From Terriglobia bacterium (GTDB lineage: Bacteria > Acidobacteriota > Terriglobia > Bryobacterales > Bryobacteraceae), in assembly GCA_003175985.1 (NCBI GenBank), contig PSRJ01000194.1, positions 10,366 through 74,365 on the forward strand: a DNA stretch of 64,000 nucleotides, in the 5' to 3' direction. The notes under the pieces are model-generated. The model saw only the letters and a program-made list of their open reading frames with translations, did not search any database and was not told where the DNA came from. Made by a program: the position numbers and the translations under genes. This document shows, in pieces, positions 17,568 to 25,959 of the stretch (its first letter is position 1; each line of letters opens with the position of its first letter).

Positions 17568-19313
17568 CTACTGGCAGCCGTTAATTCCTTTGGTCAGGCA
17601 AATGGACGATGCCGGCGGCGGGGGAATTTTCATACCGCGCTCCTCCATCAGCTTCACGAGGAGCTTTTCGGCTTCGGGATGCGCGATGGCCGATTGCACG
17701 CCGACGCGAACCAGGCCGCGCGCCCAATCCAGGGGAATCCAGGTCATGCCTTTCATTGCTCCGTTGACGGTATCGCGGCTTCCCATATCGTGGGCTTCCA
17801 GGTTTGCGCCGTGATCCACCAGGAGCTGAATAACGGCGGTTCTGCCTTTGTGGGCGGCGCCGTGCAGCGCCGTGCGGCCCTGGTCATCGGCGGCATTCAC
17901 GTCGATGCCGAGACCAAGCAGCATTTTCACGGCTTCTACGTTTTGCGCCTCGGACCATTCGAAGGTGACGCCTTCCACCCAGCCGATGCCCGTTGCGACG
18001 GCTAGGGCTGTGTCATTATGTGCGGTGGCGATCTTGGGATCGGCGCCATGCTCCAGCAGAAGCTTCATCAGCGCAACATCACCCGATTGGGCGGCCCGCA
18101 GGAACGGGGTAGCGCCATCCTCGTAGAGCCACTGCATGGTGAAGTTGGTGCGAGTCTCGGTCGTGTCCCCCTTGCATTCTTTTTCGGTGGATTGCGCGCC
18201 GCAGATGCGCGCGTTCACGTTGGCGCCTTTGGCCAGCAGCAGCTTGATGTAGTCCAGGTGATCCACATCGGGCTTGCGCACCGGATAATCGCCGCTTTCG
18301 ATGTTCCGATTGTCGGTCGCCAGATAGAGCGGGGTCCATCCACCTTTATTGGCGAGGTTGGGATTCGCGCCCTTTTCCAGCAGATAGCCCGCCAGTTTGT
18401 AGTGGCGGTTCTGGGTGGCGGTGAGCAGGGCGGTCCAACCGTAATTGGTCACTTGATTGATGTCGGCTCCCGCTTCCAACAGCAGCCGCGCGCACTCGAG
18501 AGATCCCTCGCGAGCGGCGAACACCAGCGGAGTAAGGCCGCCGCCATCTTTTACCTGGGGTCCGCGGAAGAAGGCGGCCAAGTCGTCCAGGTCATCGGGT
18601 GATGCCGCCCCCGCGGCGCCGCCGCGTCCCGCCGCGCCGCCGCGCGCGCGCGCGAGCCGCCCAGCGCCCAAGCCACCTGCGCCTTGTGCCGACTGAGCTC
18701 TGGCCTGGACTGTGGGAGCAATGTTCAAACGGGAATTGCGCGTGTCGGGATCCGTTGCCGCCTTTACGTCGGCGCCGCGAGCCAGCAACAGTTTCACCGC
18801 TTCCGGATGCGATTGCTCGGCCGCCCACATCAACGCCGTGCTGCCGCGCAGCGTCTCCTTTGCATTTACGTCGGCGTGGTGATCGAGCAGAACCTGAATG
18901 GCTTGGGGGTTGCCGTTGCGCGCCGCCATCATGAGCGGCGTTTCCCCGTGTGGTTGACGCTCGTTAACGTCTGCGCCGGCCTTTAGCAGGCGTTCGATCA
19001 GTCCGGCGCTGCCGTTCAGGGAGGCGAGGGATAGCGCGGTGGCGCCATCGTGATTGCCCGCCTTCACATCGGCGCCGGCTGCAATCAGCAAGTCCGCCAG
19101 TTCCTGGTCGTTCAGATAGGCAGCCCATTGGATGGCCGTGGCCCCATCCGGCTGGGGAGCGTTGACATCGGCCTTCTGCTGCAGCAGCGCGCGGACGGCA
19201 GCCTTGTCGCCCGTCATGGCGGCATCGGCCACGGGACTGCCCTGCGCGCCCCACGCGCTCAGGTACGCAGCCAGACCGCAGGCCGTACCTGCCATCAGGT
19301 ATCGAACTCGCAT
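17568..19313 (-). CDS. secreted ankyrin-repeat protein
   Basis: SD AAGGAG lies 7 nt upstream of the ATG at 19313. Signal-like MRVRYLMAGTACGLAAYLSAWGA|Q. More than 10 ankyrin units (DGATAIQWAAYLNDQELADLLIAAGADVKA, GETPLMMAARNGNPQAIQVLLDHHADVNA, and others). A Gly/Ala/Arg low-complexity insert sits in the middle. Confidence 0.9.
   Translation of the reverse strand: MRVRYLMAGTACGLAAYLSAWGAQGSPVADAAMTGDKAAVRALLQQKADVNAPQPDGATAIQWAAYLNDQELADLLIAAGADVKAGNHDGATALSLASLNGSAGLIERLLKAGADVNERQPHGETPLMMAARNGNPQAIQVLLDHHADVNAKETLRGSTALMWAAEQSHPEAVKLLLARGADVKAATDPDTRNSRLNIAPTVQARAQSAQGAGGLGAGRLARARGGAAGRGGAAGAASPDDLDDLAAFFRGPQVKDGGGLTPLVFAAREGSLECARLLLEAGADINQVTNYGWTALLTATQNRHYKLAGYLLEKGANPNLANKGGWTPLYLATDNRNIESGDYPVRKPDVDHLDYIKLLLAKGANVNARICGAQSTEKECKGDTTETRTNFTMQWLYEDGATPFLRAAQSGDVALMKLLLEHGADPKIATAHNDTALAVATGIGWVEGVTFEWSEAQNVEAVKMLLGLGIDVNAADDQGRTALHGAAHKGRTAVIQLLVDHGANLEAHDMGSRDTVNGAMKGMTWIPLDWARGLVRVGVQSAIAHPEAEKLLVKLMEERGMKIPPPPASSICLTKGINGCQ
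18641..18654. repeat. (CG)7 dinucleotide run inside the ankyrin gene
   Basis: cgcgcgcgcgcgcg read directly from the sequence. It encodes part of the RARARGG low-complexity insert. Confidence 0.9.
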
Positions 19314-19340
19314 CGACGTCTCCTTCCCGACCAGCGGTAG

Positions 19341-20702
19341 CTATACCAGACCGGTCAGTTTGCCGGTGCTGTCGCCGATACCGTCTTGATGTATCCCATA
19401 CAGGTCGAGGATGCTTAACAGCAGATTCCCGGTAGTGACCGTCTTGGTTGGGAACGCCAGGTGACGTCCGCCCTTGAGTTGTCCGGATGCTCCGCCAACC
19501 AGGATATGCGGAACGTCATAGTGCAGGTGCTGGTTGGAGTCGCCCATATTCGTGCCGTAGAGCACCAGGGAATGATCCAGCAGGCTGCCGTCTCCATCGG
19601 GTGTGGTCTTCAGCTTATCGAGGTAATAAGCGAGGCACTTCACGTGGTACTGGTTCAGCTTGGAGTATTCGGCGATGCGGTCGGGATTCTCCGCGTGGTG
19701 CGAGCCGCCGTGGAAGCTGAGAGCAGGCACGTCGCTAGCAGGATACGCGCGGCCGGTCAAATCGCGGGCGTATAGAACCGTGGAGACTCTCGTGATATCC
19801 GCTTTGAACGCCAGTGTTTGCAGATCGAAGTGCAGCTTGACGTGTTCGTCGAAGGATTCGGGTATGCCCGTCGGAACCACCACGCCTTCACTGGTTACGG
19901 TGCCTGTGGCCTTCTTGGCGATCTCGAGGCGGCGTTCCAACTCGCGAATGTCGTCCGTGTACTCATCGATCTTGGCGCGGTCGGCCGCGCTTAGATCCTT
20001 CTTGAAGCGCGCGAGACTCTGAGTAATCGAATCCAGGATGCTGCGATCCTGCTCGCGGCGGGCGGCGCGCTCTTCCGGTGTGCGTGCCTGGGCGTCGCCG
20101 AAAAGCTTCTCGAAGACTACTTGAGGGTTTAACTCCATCGGCAGCGGCTGCGTGGGCGAGGCCCACGAGATGGAGTTGGTGTAGGCGCAGCTATACCCTT
20201 CACCGCAGTTGCTGGAGTTGGCGCCGGGATCCTCGATAGCGAGTTGTAACGAGGGCAGAAGCGTCTCCTGGCCGATCTTCTGCGCGATGATCTGGTCGAC
20301 GGTGGTGCCGTCCAGAATATCGGCGCCCGTCGTCTTCTTCGGCTTGTCGGCGCACATGAAGGCGGCGGCCACCCAGTGATCGGCGCCGGTGACGCCGGGA
20401 GGCGGCTCGGCCGATTTCGACCACATCCCGCTGAGGATCACCGTGTGTTCCCGGAACGGCTCCAGCGGTTTCATGATGAACGGAAAATTCCCGGCTTCGA
20501 GCACCGGTTTCTCGGGAATCCAGTAACCCGGAGCCATCCCATGCGGAACGAAAATGCCGGTAAAGCGTATTTTGGCGGCGGCCGCCGTCTTGCGCAAAGG
20601 AGTTTGCGCCGGAACCATGGAATCCAACAGCGGCAGGGCGAGTGCAACCCCGGCGCCGCGAATCAGAGTGCGCCGGGATATGTGTTTCTTAGTCACGAAC
20701 AT
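19341..20702 (-). CDS. DUF1552 (HXXSHH) family protein, Tat-signal type
   Basis: N-terminus MFVTKKHISRRTLIRGAGVALALPLLDSM (twin-Arg). HxxSHH motif in SFHGGSHHAENP. 453 aa. Confidence 0.9.
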   Translation of the reverse strand: MFVTKKHISRRTLIRGAGVALALPLLDSMVPAQTPLRKTAAAAKIRFTGIFVPHGMAPGYWIPEKPVLEAGNFPFIMKPLEPFREHTVILSGMWSKSAEPPPGVTGADHWVAAAFMCADKPKKTTGADILDGTTVDQIIAQKIGQETLLPSLQLAIEDPGANSSNCGEGYSCAYTNSISWASPTQPLPMELNPQVVFEKLFGDAQARTPEERAARREQDRSILDSITQSLARFKKDLSAADRAKIDEYTDDIRELERRLEIAKKATGTVTSEGVVVPTGIPESFDEHVKLHFDLQTLAFKADITRVSTVLYARDLTGRAYPASDVPALSFHGGSHHAENPDRIAEYSKLNQYHVKCLAYYLDKLKTTPDGDGSLLDHSLVLYGTNMGDSNQHLHYDVPHILVGGASGQLKGGRHLAFPTKTVTTGNLLLSILDLYGIHQDGIGDSTGKLTGLV

Positions 20703-20782
20703 GGAATTCCGCTCTCCGTTATCAATTCTAAACTTGTTGCAAAACCGTTTGCTGAGGCGCGCGGCTCGGTAAGTGCATCCGG

Positions 20783-23230
20783 CTATCGCGCAGCACGCTG
20801 TGTCTCCTGCGCGGCGCTGATCTGGATCTTCTCGTTCATCTGGAAGGGATCGCTCTTCACGACGCCTAAGACCAGGGAGGAGAACCGGTAGTTGTTCTTT
20901 TCGGCTTCGTGCACGATGGAGCGCACGAGCGGCATATCGTAGTATTCGGTGCCGCGTCCCAACGCGTAGATCGTCAGCTTCTCGGTGACCACACGGGCAA
21001 ACTGGGGAGCGTACCGGAGCAGGGCCTGCCGCAGGCCTGTGAAGCCATTCATTTTGGTGCCGTCTACCAGTTGTCCGGCCGGGTCGATCGGGCTGCCGTC
21101 ATCAGTGGTGCGCCACTCGCCAATCGCGTTGAAATTCTCCAGCGAGAAGCCGATGGGGTCCATGATCTTGTGGCAGCTCGCGCAGGGCTCCACTTTGCGG
21201 TGCATTTCCATCTGCTGGCGCATGGTGGGCTTGGCGCCGCCATGAACCGTGCCCTCCTGCTTGGGAAGATCGGGCACATTAGGCGGCGGAGACGGCGGCT
21301 CTACGCCGAGAAAGACCTGCATGACGGTTTTGCCTCGCTGCACCGGGGAAGTCCGGGCGGGCTGCGAGGAAACCGTAAGAAACGAGCCTTTGCCCAGCAG
21401 CCCGCGGCGCATGTCGAATTCGGGCGAGAGAGTCACGCGCCGGAAGGCGCTGCCGTAAATGTTCGGGATTCCGTAGTGTTTCGCCAGGCGCTCGTTCAGG
21501 AACGTGTAATTGGCATCGATCAGATCGATAACGCTGCGATCCTCGTGAACAATACTGTCCACGAACATTTCGGTCTCTTTGCGCATCGCCTGGCGGAGAT
21601 TGTCGTCGAAATCGGGGAACTCCGCCGTCACCGGACTTTGGGTTTGCAGGCCGCGCAATCCGAGCCACTGTCCGGCGAAGTTGAAGACCAACTGGTTGGA
21701 CCGGGCGTCGCTCAACATGCGCCGCACCTGCTTTTCGAGAATTGCGGTGTCGTGCAGTTTGTTCTGGCCGGCGAGGGTCAGTAGTTCATCGTCGGGGATG
21801 CTGCTCCACAGAAAGAATGACAGGCGCGAGGCCAACTCCAGATCGCTAATCCGGTAAGGCTTGCCGGGCGTTGCGTTGGCGGGCTCAGCTTCCTTGCGGA
21901 AGTAGAACTCCGGATCAAGCAGGACGCGCCGCAGCGCCATCTCGATGCCATGATCGAAATCTCCGCCCTGATTGCGTCCCTGCTGGTAGAAGCTCATCAG
22001 CATTTCGGTATCCTGGTCGGTCGCAGGACGGCGGAATGCCCGGCGCGCCAGGGTGGAGACGATCTGTTTGGCACAAGGCGTTTCCTGCGCGGCATTGGCG
22101 GGTTTGCAAACAAAGATCTTGCGGCGTGTCTCGGTGTCGCCGGCGCCCTTGGGGTTCTCGGGACCGTCGATGCGAATCTTGCCGACATGCGGGAAGAATT
22201 TGAACCCGGGAAGCCCGCCGGTCTCAATCGTGCTGCGCAGGAAATGCTGATCGAGATCGTTTCCCGGCGCGTAATTCGTGGCGAGGAACGTAACCGCGAC
22301 GGTATGGAGCCCGGCCTTGGCGGAGAATTTGAAATTGAACGTGCCATCTTCGCGGGCGCGTTCCTTGTCCCAGTCGAACAACTTCAGGCGAACGCCATCG
22401 AGAAGAAATTCCATTTTCTCGCCGGTGATTTCACCGAACGGGCTGGTGTCGCCCATGTTTCCCTTGCTGATCGGAGTGATCTTGATGGCGTAGTCGCCGT
22501 CGGCGGGAAATTCATGGCGGGCATTTAATCCGCCGCGCGTGCCGAAGGGCATGCCGGCGATGTGGTAGTCCTGCGAAGTATCTTCCGATACCCGGTAGAC
22601 CGACTGCGAAGGGGCTGTGACGTCGCCAAGCGCGATACGGGCGATCTTTCCGGCTGCGGAGGTGTAGCCTTCGAGAAGAGCCGGCGAGAGGGTGAGTGCC
22701 CCGGCGATATTGTCGAACCCGCGCGTGGAATCGTCTGAAGGGAGATACTTACCGGGGTCGACTTCGATGGCCAGCAGATCGCGGATGGCATTGGCGTACT
22801 CGGTCCGGTTCAGGCGGTGGAGACCGGGAGGCGGCAGGGTGGTAACCGCGTTCCGGTCGAGCTCATTTTCAAGCCACACGATCATGCTCTCGAACGTGGC
22901 GGCATCCGGCCGCGGCATTCCCGCGGGCGGCATCATGCCGGCGCGGACCTTGCGGACTACGCGTTCCCAAAGTTCGGCGTGATCCGCAATTTTGGACAGA
23001 TCGAGATTGTCGATTGTGATATGCTGCGCGGCTTCGACACCGGCCTTTTTCGCACTCTGGCTGTGGCAAACGACACAGTATTTGTCCAGCAGGGCGCGTT
23101 CGGCGGCAGCCGAAGTGACGGCCATACCTGCCGGTGGCGCCTGGGAATTGGCCGTCTGCCCGAATAGCATCAGGCCGGCCGAGAGAACCGCCACCAAGCC
23201 CAAAACCGGTAACGTCGTCTTCATCATCAT
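20783..23230 (-). CDS. DUF1592/DUF1588/DUF1585-type planctomycete-cytochrome-domain protein (partner of DUF1552)
   Basis: CVVCHS near the N-terminus and CASCHKIMDPIGFSLENFNAIGEWR near the C-terminus. I trimmed the start to the ATG triplet run at 23230 (MMMKTTLPVLGLVAVLSAGLMLFG), because the track start at 23266 is a TTG. Confidence 0.88.
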   Translation of the reverse strand: MMMKTTLPVLGLVAVLSAGLMLFGQTANSQAPPAGMAVTSAAAERALLDKYCVVCHSQSAKKAGVEAAQHITIDNLDLSKIADHAELWERVVRKVRAGMMPPAGMPRPDAATFESMIVWLENELDRNAVTTLPPPGLHRLNRTEYANAIRDLLAIEVDPGKYLPSDDSTRGFDNIAGALTLSPALLEGYTSAAGKIARIALGDVTAPSQSVYRVSEDTSQDYHIAGMPFGTRGGLNARHEFPADGDYAIKITPISKGNMGDTSPFGEITGEKMEFLLDGVRLKLFDWDKERAREDGTFNFKFSAKAGLHTVAVTFLATNYAPGNDLDQHFLRSTIETGGLPGFKFFPHVGKIRIDGPENPKGAGDTETRRKIFVCKPANAAQETPCAKQIVSTLARRAFRRPATDQDTEMLMSFYQQGRNQGGDFDHGIEMALRRVLLDPEFYFRKEAEPANATPGKPYRISDLELASRLSFFLWSSIPDDELLTLAGQNKLHDTAILEKQVRRMLSDARSNQLVFNFAGQWLGLRGLQTQSPVTAEFPDFDDNLRQAMRKETEMFVDSIVHEDRSVIDLIDANYTFLNERLAKHYGIPNIYGSAFRRVTLSPEFDMRRGLLGKGSFLTVSSQPARTSPVQRGKTVMQVFLGVEPPSPPPNVPDLPKQEGTVHGGAKPTMRQQMEMHRKVEPCASCHKIMDPIGFSLENFNAIGEWRTTDDGSPIDPAGQLVDGTKMNGFTGLRQALLRYAPQFARVVTEKLTIYALGRGTEYYDMPLVRSIVHEAEKNNYRFSSLVLGVVKSDPFQMNEKIQISAAQETQRAAR

Positions 23231-23436
23231 TACCCGATTGATGGATATTACTTCCGGCGTCCCCAACCCGCCGAAACGTTACACACTCGACTGAAGGTTA
23301 CCGGAAACGGGGACCGTAACACAAGAGGCTCAATGGAGCTATTTCTATGTATCTGAAAGAGTTAAGGTTTCGGGCCAGGCGCCCCGCGTAACTGGAGGAA
23401 GACCCGGTTTGTTGCCACAGTACAATCAAGAAAGAT

Positions 23437-24036
23437 ATGTCCGCGCAGCCCACCTCGCCGCTGACCCCGGAGGCGTACCTTGAGATTGAACGGGCCGCCG
23501 AATCGAAAAGCGAATACTATAACGGCCGCATGTACGCGATGGCGGGGACAACTTTCCGGCACGGGCTGATTGTCAGCAACCTGAGCCGGGGACTCGGGAA
23601 CTCGCTCGCGGGCGGCCCCTGCTCAGTAGTGACCAGCGACCTGCGTGTGCTCGTTTCTGCCAGCGGGTTGTATACCTATCCGGACGTAGTCGTCGTATGC
23701 GGCGAACCGAGATTGACCGACGTCTGGATGGATACTTTGTTGAATCCCGCGCTTCTGATCGAAGTGCTCTCGCCGTCCACGGAAGCCCGCGACCGGGGCT
23801 TCAAATCGAGTCAATACCGGACTATCGACACTCTCCGCGAGTACGCGCTCGTTTCACAAACCGAATCGAGAGTAGAGGTATACAGCAGGCAGCCGAACGG
23901 CAGATGGATACTCTCAGAAGCCACGGGGCTCGATGTGATCTGTCAATTCGAGAGTATCAATTGTAGGATGGCCCTTTCGGAAATCTACGCCAAGGTGAAC
24001 TTCACCGAAGATCCCGGGTCCACGCCCACGCCGTAA
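23437..24036 (+). CDS. Uma2 (DUF820) family PD-(D/E)xK-type putative endonuclease
   Basis: N-terminal EYLEIERAAESKSEYYNGRMYAMAG. YPDVVVVCG and LLIEVLSPST are nuclease-core-like motifs. 199 aa. Confidence 0.85.
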   Translation: MSAQPTSPLTPEAYLEIERAAESKSEYYNGRMYAMAGTTFRHGLIVSNLSRGLGNSLAGGPCSVVTSDLRVLVSASGLYTYPDVVVVCGEPRLTDVWMDTLLNPALLIEVLSPSTEARDRGFKSSQYRTIDTLREYALVSQTESRVEVYSRQPNGRWILSEATGLDVICQFESINCRMALSEIYAKVNFTEDPGSTPTP

Positions 24037-24072
24037 CACTGTGCCGCGCGGGATTCGGTGTGTTTGGGCGCG

Positions 24073-24882
24073 TTACTTGCTTACGTAATGCGCCACGTCC
24101 TTTTCGTTTTCCAGACAGATGTAATCGAGCAGTTCGGTGTCTAGCTTCAGGTTCTGGTTCAACTGGACCGTCCACGGAGCGGTATAGGCTTTCGGATCGT
24201 CGACGGTGATCTCGATTTCCAGCCGTCCGAAGTTCACTCGACGGAACCGCTCGACCACTTTGCCATTTTCGGTAAGAGGGCTGCCTTTGCGGTCGAGCCA
24301 TGTGCCCTCGCGGAAACCGTTCGTTTCCACGACGAGCGTATCCCGGTCCCACTTTCCCGTCGAGTATCCGTTGAAAGCGGGTTGCGGATCCTGCGGTAGC
24401 GGGCGGCCGTCGGTAAAGATCTGGCGGTACGAGGCGTTGCGCTCGTTCAGAATGACCAGGAGCCCGGGGACCTGCACGATCTTGCGGTATAGCGGATCAG
24501 AGTGCAGTTTGACGATTCCGCCCGGCAAGCAATGACCTGTCGGATCTTCCCGGCCGTTGGCCGCCGCGCGTTGCTTAATAAGGTCCGCGGCCCAGGGCTG
24601 GTAGGGCACTCCGCCTTTGAGTCCCCAGCCGATATCCCAGAATTGTTGCGACGTCAGCATGTCGTCGCAGTTATAAGGAGGGCAGGGCCGGTTCTCCTCG
24701 TCGACCCACAAGCCGGAGAGATCCGGTTTGCCATCGGCCGTGCGCGGAGCAGGCGCTGCCAGATTTGGCGCGCCGCTTGGGCTTCGAGGAACGCCCGCGG
24801 TGGGATAGTTTATCCACTGTGCGTCGGCGGAAACGGCCAGCAGGAATAATACGGCGGTAACACGCATACTTTCGCAGATCAT
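24073..24882 (-). CDS. secreted protein of the unnamed conserved family (paralogue B)
   Basis: The ATG at 24882 overlaps the upstream stop (ATGA); an alternative ATG lies at 24867 (MRVTAVLFLLAVSADA|Q). Motifs PRTADGKPDLSGLW, GYSTGKWDRDTLVVETNGF, ERF, VDDPKAYTAPW. Confidence 0.85.
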   Translation of the reverse strand: MICESMRVTAVLFLLAVSADAQWINYPTAGVPRSPSGAPNLAAPAPRTADGKPDLSGLWVDEENRPCPPYNCDDMLTSQQFWDIGWGLKGGVPYQPWAADLIKQRAAANGREDPTGHCLPGGIVKLHSDPLYRKIVQVPGLLVILNERNASYRQIFTDGRPLPQDPQPAFNGYSTGKWDRDTLVVETNGFREGTWLDRKGSPLTENGKVVERFRRVNFGRLEIEITVDDPKAYTAPWTVQLNQNLKLDTELLDYICLENEKDVAHYVSK

Positions 24883-25862
24883 ATCATCCCCGACTCGACC
24901 CCTGCCTCCACAGCCGTGTGTTTATAGGAAATGTACCAATAGAGTCCCGTGAGGCACACCAGAATGAACATGACCTGAAAGACGGTCAAGGCCTCCGTTC
25001 CGGCGGTGGCATGAGCCGGACTCACAATGCGGAACAGCGCGAAGAAAGCTGCCTGACCCACGCCGATTCCGCCCGGTGAAATCGGAATGGCGCTGGTGAC
25101 TAACCCGAGGGGGACTACCAGAAAGAACTGGCTGAGAGGTAAGTCCGATGCTCCGGTAGCCAGCAGTGCGAGGTAGTACATGGCACAGGTAAGCGTCTGG
25201 TTGAGGACACTGATCGCCAGCGCCGCCCAAATGACCGAAGCTTTACGCCGGTAATCGTGCAGCGCCTGAAACACGCCGCGCAATATCCTGGGCACAAGCG
25301 GAGATGCCGAAAGCCGGCTGCCCGCCAACACAGCCACATACAAGACTGCTAAGCCTCCGAAGCATCCACCTGCGGTCAGAATGCCGAGGCTGCGTGTGGC
25401 TGGGCTGCTCAGTGTCTCGCGATAATGCGCGAGCGCCATGACGGCTCCCAGGAATAAGAGCCCGATGAGGCCGACTACACGGTCCATGAGAATCGAAGTG
25501 GCGGCGTGCGATTTGCGTTTGGGCGCGGCGCGCGTGATGTAGTAACCCTTGATCAAATCGCCGCCGACGGCGCCGGGCACGACGATGTTGAAAAGCATTC
25601 CGATCATGGTGAGTCCCCAAGCCTGCGTGAGGGGGAGCCGGATTTCCTGAGCGCGCAGCAGGAGTGCCCACCGGCACGCCGTGATGGCGACTTGCGTATA
25701 GCCGAGAGCCACAATCGCCAGCATGAGCGGCCAATGCGCCACGGCTTTGACCACCTGCCCGAGATCCACCTTCCCGCTCCATACCATCCAGGCGAAGATG
25801 CCAGCGCCGAAGCCTACTTTGGCGATCACGCCGATTCTGGATTGTGGTGCGCTCACCAGCAA
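24879..25862 (-). CDS. lysylphosphatidylglycerol-synthase-TM-region-like (UPF0104, flippase-like) membrane protein
   Basis: Polytopic protein with RWALLLRAQEIRLPLTQAWGLTMIGMLFNIVVPGAVGGDLIKGYYI, which is typical of this family. The track start is a TTG, so the exact start is uncertain. Confidence 0.8.
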   Translation of the reverse strand: MLVSAPQSRIGVIAKVGFGAGIFAWMVWSGKVDLGQVVKAVAHWPLMLAIVALGYTQVAITACRWALLLRAQEIRLPLTQAWGLTMIGMLFNIVVPGAVGGDLIKGYYITRAAPKRKSHAATSILMDRVVGLIGLLFLGAVMALAHYRETLSSPATRSLGILTAGGCFGGLAVLYVAVLAGSRLSASPLVPRILRGVFQALHDYRRKASVIWAALAISVLNQTLTCAMYYLALLATGASDLPLSQFFLVVPLGLVTSAIPISPGGIGVGQAAFFALFRIVSPAHATAGTEALTVFQVMFILVCLTGLYWYISYKHTAVEAGVESGMI

Positions 25863-25959
25863 CCAGTGTCACATGTTGTTGGAGCGGGGCGCAGTTATGG
25901 GTGTTATACTCCAGCCATCGGGGTGTCCCGCGACGGAAATCTCCGGGTGAGGGCCTTTC

